64,000 nt of DNA from the human T2T-CHM13v2.0 reference genome, Homo sapiens, in the NCBI RefSeq assembly GCF_009914755.1, contig NC_060925.1; one strand, given 5' to 3'. Made by a program: the position numbers and the translations under genes. Below, piece after piece: positions 1 through 13,398 of the stretch; position 1 is the stretch's first letter, and each line of letters starts with the position of its first letter. The notes below the pieces were generated by a model. That model saw only the letters and a program-made list of their open reading frames with translations. It was not told the origin of the DNA and did no database searches.

Positions 1-306
1 CTAAGTTTATTAATATAGCTTCCTATATTTTCTGTTCTGTTCAAAATATTATCAAGTGAAAATTTGATAATTATATATGATTCAATCAAAGTAATTTATT
101 TTATCTACATTTAAAGTTTAGTCATTGGTTTCTCTATGAATATCCACAATTTTCTTTCCTATAATTTATCTCTTCTAATGTTTACATTTGAACTATGTTA
201 TTTCGAGGAATATTTCCTGGTTCTTTTTTTTCTGTTGAGGTGTCCCATCTTATGCAGTAGAATTTTGTTTAAGTTTGCAGAGACAAATAAAGGCATAACA
301 GAAGGT

Positions 307-470
307 GAGAGAGAGAGAGAGAGGAGAGAGAGAGAAGAGAGAGAAAGAGGAAGAAGAAAAAGGAGGAGGAGGGGGAAAGGAAGGAAAGAAGGAAGGAAGG
401 AAGGAAGGAAGGAAGGGAGGGAGGGAGGGAGGGAGGGAGGGAAGGAGGGAGGAAGGGAGGGAGGGAGGAA
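307..470. repeat. Purine-rich compound microsatellite (GA)n/(GGAA)n/(GGGA)n
   Basis: Directly visible; explains the low-complexity ORFs at 136-538. Confidence 0.97.
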
Positions 471-559
471 GTCAAGCAGCAAATGGAACAAATTTTAGAA
501 GACATTCAGGAGCCAGATCAAGATTTGCGTTACCATAAAACATTCCACAAGATTTCTAG

Positions 560-2884
560 TGTTTAGATGTTTACACCTAGGTCAATAAATAATCCCTAAG
601 ACATAAGGTGTTAACCTTAACCATCTGGCGGAGGTAGTATTTTTCAGGTTTTTGTGTTATAAAGATTCTGCTCCCCGTCCTATTCCATACTATATTATTT
701 GAAAAGTAGTCACTAAATGCAGCCCAAACTGAAGAAGTAGGAGCTATGCTTCCTCTTCTTAATGAAGGATTTCTTCATAAATTATTCTGAATTATTTTAA
801 ATTGCAGATTTATTGTTTCTTCCCATTTATTCATTCATTCATTTATAAATTTTATCTTGGGAATCAATATACGCACATGGTATTTATTTTACTCTTTTGA
901 TTCAAATCTAATTCTACTCTAATTATGTTCTTTCTTAAATTGCTCCTGCTTTAAGACTACTGGGAGCTCTTTGAGAGCATTTCACCATTGGGGATATTTT
1001 CTGTTTTCTCTTGCAACTCTCTGACATAGCCCCATCAGTGTGAGATTTTCTTTCTTGTTTGTTTGCTTATTTAAGCATTTCTTTAATTTCTGATACTAAG
1101 AGAGCCCCAGGATGATTTTACATATTTCCAGTCTTAGTGTTAGCCATTTCTCTAAGGAACACTGGTTTCTTTCATTATAGAATTGCATTAGAAACAAATA
1201 TCTGGCAATATGTGTGCTTCTGGGCATCTTTGCTATTAGACCTTCTCAGCTGATAAAACAAGGAGTTTATATATACATGCTGTGTGTATTCCAACTAAAT
1301 ACTTCCGTATGTAACCATCTGTATTTATGTTAATATAAACGTGAATTCATAAATATGTCTCTGAGTTTAAACCATTACCATGTGGCTCATTTAAGACTTC
1401 TGCACTTAAATATCTGTAAATTCTCACTTCAACAGTAAGAAACTCATCTCCCACCATTAGCCATCCATTTACATAATTACACAGTGCTAGCATACATTCA
1501 TGGGAGTATCAAAATTGCTAACCTATGAATCTATTGAAATAAGTTTATCAGTTAAAGTACAGTACTTATGCACAGTTAAATTTGTCTTGAGTCATAGATT
1601 CCACTCATTTTGAATATTAATTAGGTCAATATTCTTCCACCATCTTTCAGTGAGGTTGTTTCATATTTGTAATATAGTTAGATTTTCTTGTCACATTTTA
1701 CATTTTTTTCCTGGGATACCCGGACCTCCAAAATTATTTTTTTAAATTTGCATACTCAAAGAATTGATTTTTGTTCTGTAAATTTGTATGGGCTCTGGCA
1801 AATGTATAATATCAGGTTTTTACCATTATAGTATCATACAGGACAGTTTCATAATCCTAAAAATTCCTCAATGCATTACCTCTTTTATACTCTGAGACCC
1901 AACTATAGTTTTCCCTTTTCTAGAATGTCACATAATTGGGAACATACATTATATAATCTTTATATACTTATCTCTTTCACTTAGCAATTTTAATTGAAGG
2001 TCCATCAGTATGTTTTCTTCCCTTGATAGATTATTTTTGTTGCTGAATAATATTCCTTTGTATGGAAATACCATAGTCTTTTTATACATTCACCTATTCA
2101 AGGACCACTTGGATTGTACCACTTCTTGGTGATTACAAAGCTTTTATAAACATCATGTGCAGCCTTTTGTGTAGACACAAGTTTTCAAATCAGTTGGCTG
2201 TTTCCTAAAAGTGCAATTAATATGTAGCATGCAATGTCTATGTTTATCTTTGTAAAAAACTAACAATTGTTTTTCACAGTGGCTCTATTCTTTTGCATTC
2301 CCACCAGAAATTAATTAAAGTTACTGTTGTTCTGGGAACTTACTACGACTTGATGTACATTTGTTGTTGTTTTGTTTTAGCAATTCAAATAAGTATGCAA
2401 TGTTATCTTACTGTCATTTTAATTTGAATTCTGTAATAAAAAGCAATGTCCAACATCTTTTAATATGCTTATTCTTCTTCTGTATGTTTTCTTTGGTGAG
2501 GTGTCTGTTCAGATCTTTGGTAATTTATAAATTAGGTTGTTTGTTTTATCGCTGCGTTTTAAATGATCTTTGTGTATTTTGGATAGAAGTTCTTTATCAG
2601 ATATACATATATATTTTTTTCCTCATCTGTGGCTTTCCTCACTTTCTAAATGGTAGTTTCTTTGGTAGAAAAACAATTAATTATAATATGTACAATTTGT
2701 CAATGCTCATTTTCATAAATTTTGCTCTTGGTTTTGTAGTTAAAAAGTGAACACCAAACCAAACTTCACCTAAATTTTCCTTTGTGTTTTCTTTTGGAAG
2801 CGTTATAATTTTGAATTTTATGGTTAGATCTATGATACATGTTGAGGTAACTTTTTGAAAGTTGCGAAGTCTCTGTCTAGATTG

Positions 2885-2939
<55 letters not shown>

Positions 2940-4392
2940 ATCTATCTATTGCATATAGATGTCTAATTGCCCCCTCTATTTGTTGAAAAGACAGTCCTCT
3001 CTACATTGAATTGCCTTTGTCCTTTTTGCGAATCTCAGTTGACAAGTCAGGTAATGCTCCAACTCTCTTCTTCAACTTTGGTATTGTAATGAGTATTCTA
3101 GGTCTTCTGCCTTTCAACTAAACATAGCATCAGTTCATCAACAGTTTTCTTGTAGTTTTCCTTCACATTAATGCCATTATAATTATGGTATTAGGATGGC
3201 CTCATAGAATGAATTATGGGGTGTTCCTGCTGCTTTTTGTTTCATGAGAGAGATTATGGAAGAATAATATCATTAATTCATTAAATATTTGGTAGAATTC
3301 ACCAGTGAAATCATCTGGGCCTAGTGCTTTCTTGTTTGGAGGAGAGTTTTAAGTTATTAATTTAATTTTCTTTTATTGGTAGTTATGGGTCTGCTGAAAT
3401 TATTTCAATAGATGATTATGTCTTTCAAGTAATTGGTATATTTTATCTAAACCATCAAATTTGTTGAATACAGTTTTCCATAGTATACCTTTATCATGTT
3501 CCTGTTTATAGAGTCACTAGTGATGAATCCTCTTTCACTTGCATTATTGACAATTTCTTTTTATTTCTTAGTGAATCTGGCTAGAAGTTTGTCAATATTA
3601 TTGAATCTGTAATTAATGAATGATTTTTTATTATCATTTTCTCTATCCTTTTTTCATTTTTAGGTTAGCTGATTTCTGGTCTACTTTTTATAACTTATTT
3701 TACCATTTTTACTTTGATATTAAATCACTGTTGTTTCTCTAGTTTCTTCAGGTGGAAACTTAGATTATTTAATTTAGATAATTTTATTTTCTAAAAGACG
3801 CTTTCCATGTCATAAATTTCCCTCTGTTTGCTTATTTAACTGCATATCATAAATTTGGAGAAGTTTTATTTTCATTTTTACTTATTTTAAAAATTGTTTT
3901 AGTTTATCTTGAAATCTTGGACCTTTGTATCATTTCAAACTGTTCGGTTTAATCTCCAAATATTTTTGGATTTTCTAGCTATCTTTCTTCTCCTAATATC
4001 TATTTTAATTCCATTGTGGTCTCATAATATGCATTGTATAATTTGTATTTTATTATGACTCTGTGTGTGATCTATTTCAATGAATATTTCATGGTAACTT
4101 AAGAATGTTTATTAAGTAATGTCTGCTTTTGTTGAGTGAATTATTCTATAAATGTAAATTTGGTTGGTTGATTAAAAGTACTTTCAGAATATTTACATTA
4201 TTATGGATTTTCTGCCTGCTTTATTGATCAACTGCCAAAAGAAGAGTTATGACATCTCTAACTATAATAGTGGGCATGTCTACTTCTCTTTTCAGTTTTA
4301 TCAGTTTTTGCCTCACTTCCTCTGACCATCTGTTGTCTTGTGTTTCCAAGAAAGTATTATATGATTTCTTGGAGAATTGACTTCTATATCAC
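560..4392 (-). mobile_element. Old L1M (L1MC/L1MD-like) 3' UTR and ORF2 remnant
   Basis: Antisense L1 motifs such as 'gtcactaaatgcagcccaaact', 'ttgcattcccaccag', 'ggtagaattcaccagtgaaatcatctgggcct', 'ggagaattgacttc'. Boundaries approximate. Confidence 0.75.
2885..2949. repeat. (TCTA)n tetranucleotide microsatellite
   Basis: About 13 perfect TCTA units followed by an interrupted tail. Confidence 0.97.
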
Positions 4393-4394
4393 TA

Positions 4395-5078
4395 GATGCC
4401 AAATATGCCAGTATCTAATCTTGGACTTCTCAGTATCCATAATTGTAGAAATGAATTTCTATTGTGTATAAGTTGTCAATTCTTAGGTATTTTGTTAGAG
4501 CAGCCCAAATGGACCAAGAAGAAAATTGGTACTTGAGTGGGGTGTTGCTATGAAAAAATACCTATAATTTTGAAGACCGTTTAGGAACTTTCTAATAGTT
4601 TCAGACTGAAAGAATTTTGAAGTACATGCCAGAAACAGCATGAATGAACCATAAAAGACGATTTTATTGAAGGCTTAGAATAAGAGAAGAACTGTAGAAA
4701 AAGCCTCAAACTTCTAAGAGATTACCTACTTGGTCATGAGCAGAATGTTGGTAAAAATGTGGACAGTAAAGGTAATTCCGATGAGGTCTTAGATGGAAAT
4801 TAGGAACATGTTTTTGGAAACTGAAAGAAAGTTAATCTTTGTTATAAAGTGTCATAGAACTTGGATGAATTGTGTTCATGTCCTAGTGTTTCGTAGAATG
4901 TAAAACTTGAGAATGATGGGATTGTATATTTGGAAGAGAAAACATTTAAGCAGAGTATTGAAGAAACTGCTTGGCTTCTCTTGAATGCTTATACTAAAAT
5001 GCAAGAAATGAGAAACAATGTAAAGACAGAATTTACAATAAAAAGGAAACAGAACTTAAAGATTTGGAAAATTCTCAG
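4395..5078 (+). mobile_element. MaLR (MLT1A/MST-like): 3' part of an LTR plus start of internal sequence
   Basis: LTR end 'cttggacttctcag...gtattttgttagagcagcccaaatggaccaaga' (to ~4520), then 'aattggtac...ggggtgttgcta' and MaLR-internal sequence 'gatgaggtcttagatggaaattaggaac'. Confidence 0.75.
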
Positions 5079-6215
5079 CTGATGAAAGAAATCACAGATG
5101 ATACAAATAAATGGAAAAACATCCCATGTGCATGGATTTGAAGAATTAATGTTCTTAATGTGACCATGCTTCCCAAAGCAATCTACAGATTCAACAATAT
5201 TCCTATCAAACTACCAATGTTATTTTTCACAAAATTAGAAGAAAAACTATTCTAAAATTCATATGCAATCAAAAAAAGAGCCAAAATAGCCAATGTAATC
5301 CTAAGCAAAAATAACAAAACTAGAGACAATATACTATCCACCTTTAAATTGTACGATACAGCTACTGTCAGCAAAACTGTATGGCACTGGTACAAAACAG
5401 ACACATACATCAATTGAACATGATAGAAACCCAGAAATAAAGTGTCACACCTACAACCAACTGATCCTTGATAAATTTGATAATAACAAGGAAAGAAGAA
5501 AGCACTCTCTAGTCAATATAGTGAGCTGGGATAACTGGTTACCCGTATACAAAAGAATCAAACTGGACCCCTGTCTTTCACCATATACAACAATTAAGTG
5601 AAGATGGATTAAAGACTTAAATGTAAGCCGGGCATGGTGACTCACACTTGTAATCCCAGCACTCAGGGAGGCTGAGGCCGTCAGATTGCTTGAGTCCAGG
5701 AGCTTACGACCAGCCTGGGCAACACAGTCAAACCCCGTCTCTACTAAAAATGCCAAAAAATTAGCCAGGCACTGTGGTGTGTGCCTGTAATTATAGCTAC
5801 TCGGGAGGCTGAGGTGGGAGAATAACCTGAGCTGGGAGGTTGAGGCTGCAGTGAGCTGAGATCACACTGCGGCATTCCAGCCTGGGCAACTGCAGTGATA
5901 CCCTGACTCAAAAAAAAAAAAAAAAAAAACTTAAATGTAAAACCTAAAACTACAAAAATCCTGAAGAAAGCCTATAGAATACCATTCTGGACATGGGCTT
6001 TGGCAAGTAAATTATGACTAAGTCACAAAAGCATTTGCAACAAAACCAGTAATAGACAAGTGTGACCTAATTAAACTAAAGAGCATCTGTACAGCAAAAG
6101 GAATTATCAGTGGACTAAACAGACAGCCTTCAAAATGAAAGAAAATATTTGCAAACCATGCATCTAACAGAGGCCTAATATCCAGAATCTATAAGGAACT
6201 AAACAATTCAAGCAT
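5079..6215 (+). mobile_element. L1 (L1PB/L1MA-like) ORF2 fragment, interrupted by an Alu
   Basis: 'gaaagaaatcacagatgatacaaataaatggaaaaacatcccatg' and 'ctaattaaactaaagagc' match L1 ORF2. Confidence 0.85.
5627..5929 (+). mobile_element. AluJ-like SINE with TSD
   Basis: Dimeric Alu with J-type 'ttgagtccaggag' and 'aggttgaggctgcagtgagc'; A20 tail; TSD 'acttaaatgtaa' at 5615-5626 and 5929-5940. Confidence 0.93.
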
Positions 6216-7100
6216 CAGAACTAGATTGAGATATAGCTGAGATTTTAGAATAATAATTGAGAAAATATAAAATGACTGTAATAAATATGTTGAATTCTAA
6301 TGGAAAAAGGTGACAACATACACAACCAGATGAGTAAGATATAAACGTTTAAATAAATAACCAAATTAATAACCAATAAAAAATTAAAGCAAGGTAACAG
6401 AATCGAAGAATATTTTTGATGGGGTCATCAGTAGACTAGACATGACTAAAGAAGGAATCAATTACTGAGCTTGAAGTCATGTTAATAGACTTCTAAACTA
6501 AAATGAAAGAAAAAAGAATTTATAAAAAAGAATATCTAAGAACTGTGGAGCATAATGTGTAACATATGTGTAACTGGATTATCAGAAGGACAAGAGGAAC
6601 ACAAAACATAAATATTTGTATTAATAGTGACCTAAAGTTATCCAAATTGAATGACAGGCATCAAACCACAGATACAGGAAGCTCAAAGAACACCAAGCAG
6701 CATAAACACCCAACAATCTACTCCTAAGCATATTATGTTCAAACTGCAGAAAACCAGAACCAAATTCTTGAATTAATCCAGAAAGAGGGGGAAACACCTT
6801 ACCTATGGAGAAACAAGGGTAAGAATTACCAGGGCCTTCTCCAGAGACCATGCAAACAAGAAGAGCATGTAGTATACAGTAAACATATCCTTCAAAAGTA
6901 AAGGTAAAATAAAACTTCCCAAACAAACAAAAACTGAGAAAATTCATATACAGCAGACCTGTCCTGCAAGAAATGTAAAAAGAAGTTCTTCAAGAAGAAG
7001 GAAAATAATACAGATCAGAAATTCAATTTTGCTTTGAGAAAGAAAGAGTGTCAGACAAGAAATAAATTAATGTAAAATAATAGCTTTAATTTTCTATTTT
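6216..7100 (+). mobile_element. Old L1M ORF1 region (opposite orientation to the flanking L1M pieces)
   Basis: 'gatggggtcatcagtagactagac', 'caggaagctcaaagaacacc' and 'gacctgtcctgcaagaaatg' resemble L1MC/MD ORF1. Confidence 0.7.
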
Positions 7101-7109
7101 TACTTGACT

Positions 7110-7452
7110 TTCATAATTCATTTAAACTACCATAACAAAATATCTTAGTCTGAGTAGTTGATAAACAGTAGAAATTTAATTCTCACAGTTACAATGTCAG
7201 GGAGGTCCACCATCTAGGTGCAGGCAGATTCAGTGTCTGGTGAGGGCCCATTCTTATAGACAGTTCCTTCTTGCTGTGTCTTCACATGATGAAAGACACT
7301 GGCTCGCTCTCTGGGGTTTCCTTAAAAGGGAACTAGTCCCATTTATGAGGATGGAGACCTCATGAACTCCGTAGGTCCCCACCTTCTAATATCATCACCC
7401 TGACAATTAGGATTTTAATATACACATTCTGGAGGACACAAACATTCAGACA
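7110..7452 (-). mobile_element. MaLR solo LTR (MLT1A/MSTD-like)
   Basis: 'agaaatttaattctcacagtt', 'ggcagattcagtgtctggtgagggccc' and terminal 'ggaggacacaaacattcagac'. Confidence 0.8.
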
Positions 7453-7454
7453 AG

Positions 7455-8230
7455 ATGGACTGTTTTCCTAGGCTCTGACCCTCACAAATATTTCATAAAT
7501 ATTTTCCTCAACTTTATGTAAGATAGGAAGTCTAACAGAGTTGCTATTGACTAAACGCCTTATCCCTTTGTGGGATAAAGCTCTGAAAACATATTTTCTC
7601 TGAAAAATGGGCCTTTATCATGCAGAATGAAATCATATTTCAAAAACGTTACCCTTCCCTTGCCCAGACCATGAGTGAAACAAAAACTGGCTTGGCTCTT
7701 CACTGTGAAAATCTCCTAGGGTTCCAGTAGGTAAAACCCAGAAAGATGTGAGACTCACTAAGACTGGCTTCAGGAAGTTTCTCACTCTCATTCTAATTCA
7801 AACGCAGCCTTAGTAATTTGTGAAAATTATTTCTAAAGTGTTTCTACCAGTTGACAGTTCCATTGACTTCCACTCCCGGTAATCAACTCTCAGCTGTAAT
7901 TCTTTTTTTTTTTTTTTTAATTTTTTTTTATTATTATACTTTAAGTTTTAGGGTACTTGTGCACATTGTGCAGGTTAGTTACATACGTATACATGTGCCA
8001 TGCTGGTGTGCTGCACCCACTAACTCGTCATCTAGCATTAGGTATATCTCCCAAAATTCTTTGTATTTTTCCTGTCTGCTGATTTCAGGGTGGTGGTTTT
8101 CCCTGCAAGGTCAATTCTCTAATGGGTACAAAGAAAGACTTTTTTTTTTTAAAAAAAAAAAAAAAAGCTTTTTCCTTGTGATAAAGATAGGATTGATGAC
8201 TTCCAAAGTCTCTTTTTCTCAGAGCTGAAA
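7455..8230 (-). mobile_element. Old L1M 5' end remnant (interrupted by L1PA2)
   Basis: 'ctgtaattct...gtattttcctgtctg', 'caattctctaatgg' and 'gatgacttccaaag' resemble recalled L1MC/MD 5'-end antisense sequence. Confidence 0.55.
7903..8052 (-). mobile_element. Very short 5'-truncated young L1 (L1PA2-like)
   Basis: Poly-T then L1 3' UTR 'gcacattgtgcaggttagttac...cactaactcgtcatctagc' (GAG allele, not Ta ACA); TSD about 'aattcttt' on both sides. Confidence 0.88.
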
Positions 8231-9109
8231 TGAGAAGTCATTTTTAATAAATAAATTATATAAAATAACAAAAATTTTGACTGTTTTTCTATACTTTTGC
8301 ATTTCATTTGCATACATTTCAAGTGTTTTCCTATAGTTATTCCACCAGTTGTGTAATTGGTTTTTCATAACAAAATTGTAAGACAGATAGCCTTATAGTA
8401 TATTTTTTCCCTTTCATCCTAAGCTTATATTTATTTTCTGCCATCCCAGATTTTAAGCTTATTCTTACTCTCACCAAATAAACAAGGAGCTTTCTATTCT
8501 TTTTATTTCCTGAAGAAAGTCTTTTAAAACGTTATTTCGTCCTAGTTTTATCGAACTGTGAAAAAAGTTACTGTATTTTTTCTGCTTCATAGAATGTATT
8601 GATGATTTCTTATGAGCTATTATATGATTTACTTTGTGAATGTTTCACACGTTCTTGGGAACAAAAGGTATATTCTCTAATGTCAAAATATGTAATGAGT
8701 ATGTTTACCAGCATCGACCTCACTGATTATATTATCTAGACCTTCTAAATCTTCCTTAATGTTTGTCCACGTGTCTTATAATGGCCTAAAACATAGGGCA
8801 CTAAATCTTTTATTATGAGTGTGTTTCTGTCTATTTCATCTTGCATTTCTTTAATATATATTATATGGAAGTGAATTGTGGCTTTTACAATTATAGCATG
8901 CTCTTCATTGATTATTTACTGTTTTGGGCTGAGTTCTAGTTTGTCTAATACAAGTTTTCTAACTCCTACTTTTTTTTTCTTTTTTTGGTTTACCTGTTTT
9001 ACCTTTGTCATTCTTTTAAGTTTAGCTTTTAAAGCCATTGTTTTAGATATATCTATTTTAAGTTATATAAGTTTGGATGCTGCTTTGTGAAATGTACTGG
9101 AAATCTTTT

Positions 9110-10110
9110 TAAAAAACTATTTTCCAACTATGCATTCACCAAATGCTAATATTCAGACTCTGCAAAGAACTCAAACAATTCAAAAAGAAACAAACAAATA
9201 ACTTTATTAAAAAGAGGACAAATAATATTAACACATATTTTTCAAAGAACACATATAAGTAGCCAACAAACATATGAAAAAATGTTCAACATCACTAATC
9301 ATCATACAAATGCAAATTAAAACCACAATGAAACACTTTATTACACCAGTCAGAGTGGCTATTACTAAAAAATCAAAAACAACAGATGTTGGCGTGGATG
9401 CAGAGGGAAGCAAATTTTTATGCACTGCTGGTGGGAACGCAAATGAGTATAATCTCTGTAAAAAACAGTACAGAAATTTTACAAAGAACTAAAAACAGAG
9501 CTACCATTCAGTCCAGCAGTCTCACTACTGGGTGTCCACCCCGCCCCCACCCAAAAAAAGAAATTGTTATATCAAAAAGACACAAGCATTCATATGTTTG
9601 TCACAGCACTGTTCACACTAATAATGTCATGAAAACAACAAAGTCATGGAATCAACCTAAGTGTCCATCAATGGATGATTAGATATGGAAAATGTGACAC
9701 ACACACACACACACACACACGCACATACACATCATGAAATTCTATGCAGTCAAAACAAAAAATAAAATCATGTCTTTGCAGCAAGGCAGATGGACCTGCA
9801 GGTCATTAACCTAAGTGAAATGTCTCAGAAACAGAAAGCCAAAAACTTTGTTTTCTCACTTGTAAGTGAGAGATAATCAATGGATACACAGTGACATAGA
9901 GAGTGGAATAATAGACATTGAAGACTCCAAAAGACGGAAAGGTGGGAGGGGGGTAAGGGGTGAAATATTACCTATTGGGTACAAAGTACACTATTTGGGT
10001 AATAAACACACTAAAAGCCCAGGCTTTACCACTGTGCAACATATCTGTGTAACACAACTGCACTTGCACTCCCTTTATAAATCTATTTTAAAAAGTAAAA
10101 CAAAAACAAC
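9110..10110 (+). mobile_element. L1PB-like 3' end with internal (CA)n
   Basis: ORF2 C-terminus ('WNQPKCPSMDD' in the ORF track) and 3' UTR 'cactaaaagcccaggctttaccact'; (CA)n at 9697-9730. Confidence 0.87.
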
Positions 10111-10198
10111 TAGAAACTTAATAAAATAGGTGAGTTAAGCATGTTTACATTGATTATTATGCCTGATATATTTGGTTTCAACTCTCATATTTAAGAGA

Positions 10199-10235
10199 GT
10201 ATTGGTAGGCTAGGTCCTCCACAGAGAGAAAAAAT

Positions 10236-10277
<42 letters not shown>

Positions 10278-10730
10278 AGATTTAATGTAGGAATTGGCTA
10301 AGGTAATTATGGGAGCCAAGGATCCCCACAGTACACTGTCTGCAATCTGGAAAACCAGGAAAGCTAGGTGGTGTATTTCAGTCTGAGATTAAAGGCCTAA
10401 GAACAAGGTGATTGATGGAGTAATCCCATTCTGAGTCTAAAGGCCCAAGAATCAGCAGTGCTGAAGTCTGAGGGCAAGAATACATGAATACCTCAATTCA
10501 AAGAGAAAGAGCAAGTTCACCCTTTCTCTACCATTTTGTTCTATTTAGGCACTCAGCAGACTGAATGATGCTCACCTACATTGATGAAGGTGGTCTTCTT
10601 TACCCAGCCTATCAATTGAAATGCAAATCTCTTTCAGAGACAATTTCACAGACATATCCAACAATAATGATTTTACCAGCAGTCTGGGCAACATTTAGTC
10701 TAGTCAAGTTGACACATAAAATTAACTACA
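10199..10730 (-). mobile_element. MLT2 (ERVL) solo LTR, MLT2B/C/D-like, with (CA)n
   Basis: Ends in 'gtcaagttgacacataaaattaac', the reverse complement of the MLT2 start; (CA)n at 10238-10273. Confidence 0.85.
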
Positions 10731-10841
10731 AACAGTTTAATATTATAACTACAATGAATATTATATTTTATTTATATACATACACATATTTGTATCAATG
10801 TATACATCTCTATTGGTCTGTTTTCTTATTTCCTTTTCAAA

Positions 10842-13022
10842 AAGTTTTACTTTAATTTCTTGGATACATGTGCAGAATGTGCAGGTTTTTTGCATAGGTA
10901 TACATGTGCCATGGTGGTTCACTGGACCTATCAACCTGTCATCTGGGTTTTAAGCCCCATATGCATTAGGTATTTGTCCTAATCTTCTCCCTCTTTGGGG
11001 CCCCACTCTCTAACAGGCCCCAGTGTGTGTTGTTCCCCTCCCTGTGTCCATGTGTTCTCATTGTTCAACTCCTACTCATAAGTGAGAACATTGACTGTTT
11101 GGTTTTCTGTTCCTGTGTTAGTTTGCTGAGAATGCTGGCTTCCAGCTTTGTCCATGTCCCTGCAAAGGACGTGGTCTCATTCTTTTTTATGGCTGTATGC
11201 TATTCCATGGCATATGTGTGCCACATTTTCTTTATCCAGTCTATCTTTGATGGGCATTTGGGTTGGTTCCAAGTCTTTGCTTTTGTAAATAGTGCTGCAA
11301 TAAAAATTGGTGTGCATGTGTCTTTATAGCAGAATGATTTATATTCTTTTGGGCATGTACCCAGTAATGGGATTGCTAGGTCAAATGGTATTTCTGGTTC
11401 TAGATTCTTAAGAAATCACCACACTGTCTTCCACAATGTTTGAATTAATTTACACTCTCACTAACAGTGTAAAAGCATTCCTATTTCTCCATAGCCTTGT
11501 CAGCATCTATTGTTCCCTGATGTTTTAATCATCACCATTGTGACTGCCATGAGATGGTATCTCATCGTGATTTTGATTAGCAATTCTGTAATGTTCAGTG
11601 ATGATGAGCTTTTTTCGTATGTTTGTTGGTCACATAACTTTCTTCTTTTGAGAAGTATCTGTTCATATCCTTTGCCCACATTTTGATGGGGTTGTTTGTT
11701 TTTTTCTTATAAATTTGTTTATGTTCCTTGTAGATTCTGAATATTAGACCTTTGTCAGATGAGTAGATTGCAAAGATTTTCTCCCATTCTGTAGGTTGCC
11801 TGTTCACTCTGATGATAGTTTCTTTTGCTGTGCAGAAGCTCTTTAGTTTCATTAGATTCCATTTGTCAATTTTGGCTTTTGTTGCCATTGCTTTTTGCAT
11901 TTTAGTTTTGTTGCCCATGCCTATATACTGAATGGTATCCCCTAGGTTTTCTTCTAGGCTTTTTATGGTTTTGAGTTTTACACTTAAGACTTTAATCCAT
12001 CCTGAGTTAATTTTTGTATAAGGTGTAAGAAAGGGTTTCAGTTTCCATTTTCTGCATATGGCTAGCCAGTTTTCCCAGCACCATTTATTAAATAGGGAAT
12101 CCTTTTCTCATTGCTTGTTTTTGTCAGGTTTGTTGAAGATCAGATGGTTGTAGATGTGTGGAGTTATTTCTGAGGTCTCTCTTCAGTTCCATTGGTCTAT
12201 ATATTTGTTTTGGTACTTAAAAAATCTCAATAAACTATGTATTGATGGAACATATCCCAAAATAAGAGCTACTTATGACAAACCCATAGCCAATATCATA
12301 CTGAATGGGCAAAAGCTGGAAGCATTCCCTTTGAAAACCAGCACAAGACAGGGATGCCCTCTCTCACTACTCCTATTCAACATAGTATTGGAAGTTCTGG
12401 CCAGGGCAATCAGGCAAGAGAAAGAAATAAATGGTATTTAAATAAGAAGAGAGGAAGTCAAATGGTCTCTGTTTGCAGATGACATGATTGTGCATTTAGA
12501 AAATCATCTCAGCCCCAAAACTCCTTAAGCTGATAAGCAACTTCAGCAAAGTCTCAGGATACAAAATCAATGTGCAAAAATCACAAGCATCCCTATAACC
12601 CAACAATAGACAAGCAGAGAGCCAAATCATGAATGAACTCCCATTCACAATTGCTACAAAGAGAATAAAATACCTAGGAATACAACTTACATGGGACATG
12701 AAGGGTCTCCTCAAGGAGAACTGCAAACTACTGCTCAAAGAAATAAGAGAGGGCACAAACAAATGGAAAAACATTCCATGTTCACAGACAGGAAGAATCA
12801 ATATTGTGAAAACTGCCATACTGCGCAAAGTAATTTATAAATTCAATGCTATTCCCATCAAGCTACCATTGACTTTCTTTGTAGAATTAGAAAAAAACTA
12901 CTTTAAATTTCATATAGAACCAAAAAAGAGCCTGTATATCCTAGACAGTCATAAGCAAAAAGAACAAACCTGGAGGCATCAGACTACCTGATTTCAAACT
13001 ACCCTACAAGACTATAGTAACC
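10842..13022 (-). mobile_element. L1PA7/8-like with 5' inversion (minus 10842-12216, plus 12217-13022)
   Basis: Minus part encodes the ORF2 C-terminus (KAKIDKW..., 11595-11918); plus part encodes RT ([14 protein letters not shown]); the two L1 breakpoints are about 20 nt apart in consensus. Confidence 0.9.
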
Positions 13023-13053
13023 TTTTTTTTACCTTAAAAAATTTGTACTTTTT

Positions 13054-13398
13054 CCATAAAAAATGTTGAGTTCATGTCCTTTGTAGGATATGGATGAAGC
13101 TGGAAACCATCATTCTCAGCAAACTATCGCAAGGACAAAAAACCAAACACCGCATGTTCTCACTCATAGGTGGGAATTGAACAATAAGAACACATGGACA
13201 CAGGAAGGGGAACATCACACACCGGGGACTATTGTGGGGTGGGGGGAGAGGGGAGGGATAACATTAGGAGATATACCTAATGCTAAATGATGAGTTAATA
13301 GGTGTAGCACAACAACATGGCACATGTATACATATGTAACAAACCTGCACGTTGTGCACATGTACCCTAAAACTTAAAGTATAATAATAATAAAATTT
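13054..13398 (+). mobile_element. 5'-truncated L1PA4/5-like 3' end with TSD
   Basis: 'aacaaacctgcacgttgtgcacatgtaccctaaaacttaaagtat'; TSD 'ttaaaaaatt(t)gtacttttt' at 13034-13053 and 13397-13415. Confidence 0.92.

Noticed and set aside
136-538. Four overlapping ORFs (R/E/G-rich or L/P/S-rich)
   Set aside because: Translations of the purine microsatellite.
8134-8172. T11-A16 quasi-palindrome
   Set aside because: Simple homopolymer slippage inside an old L1; too short and too common.
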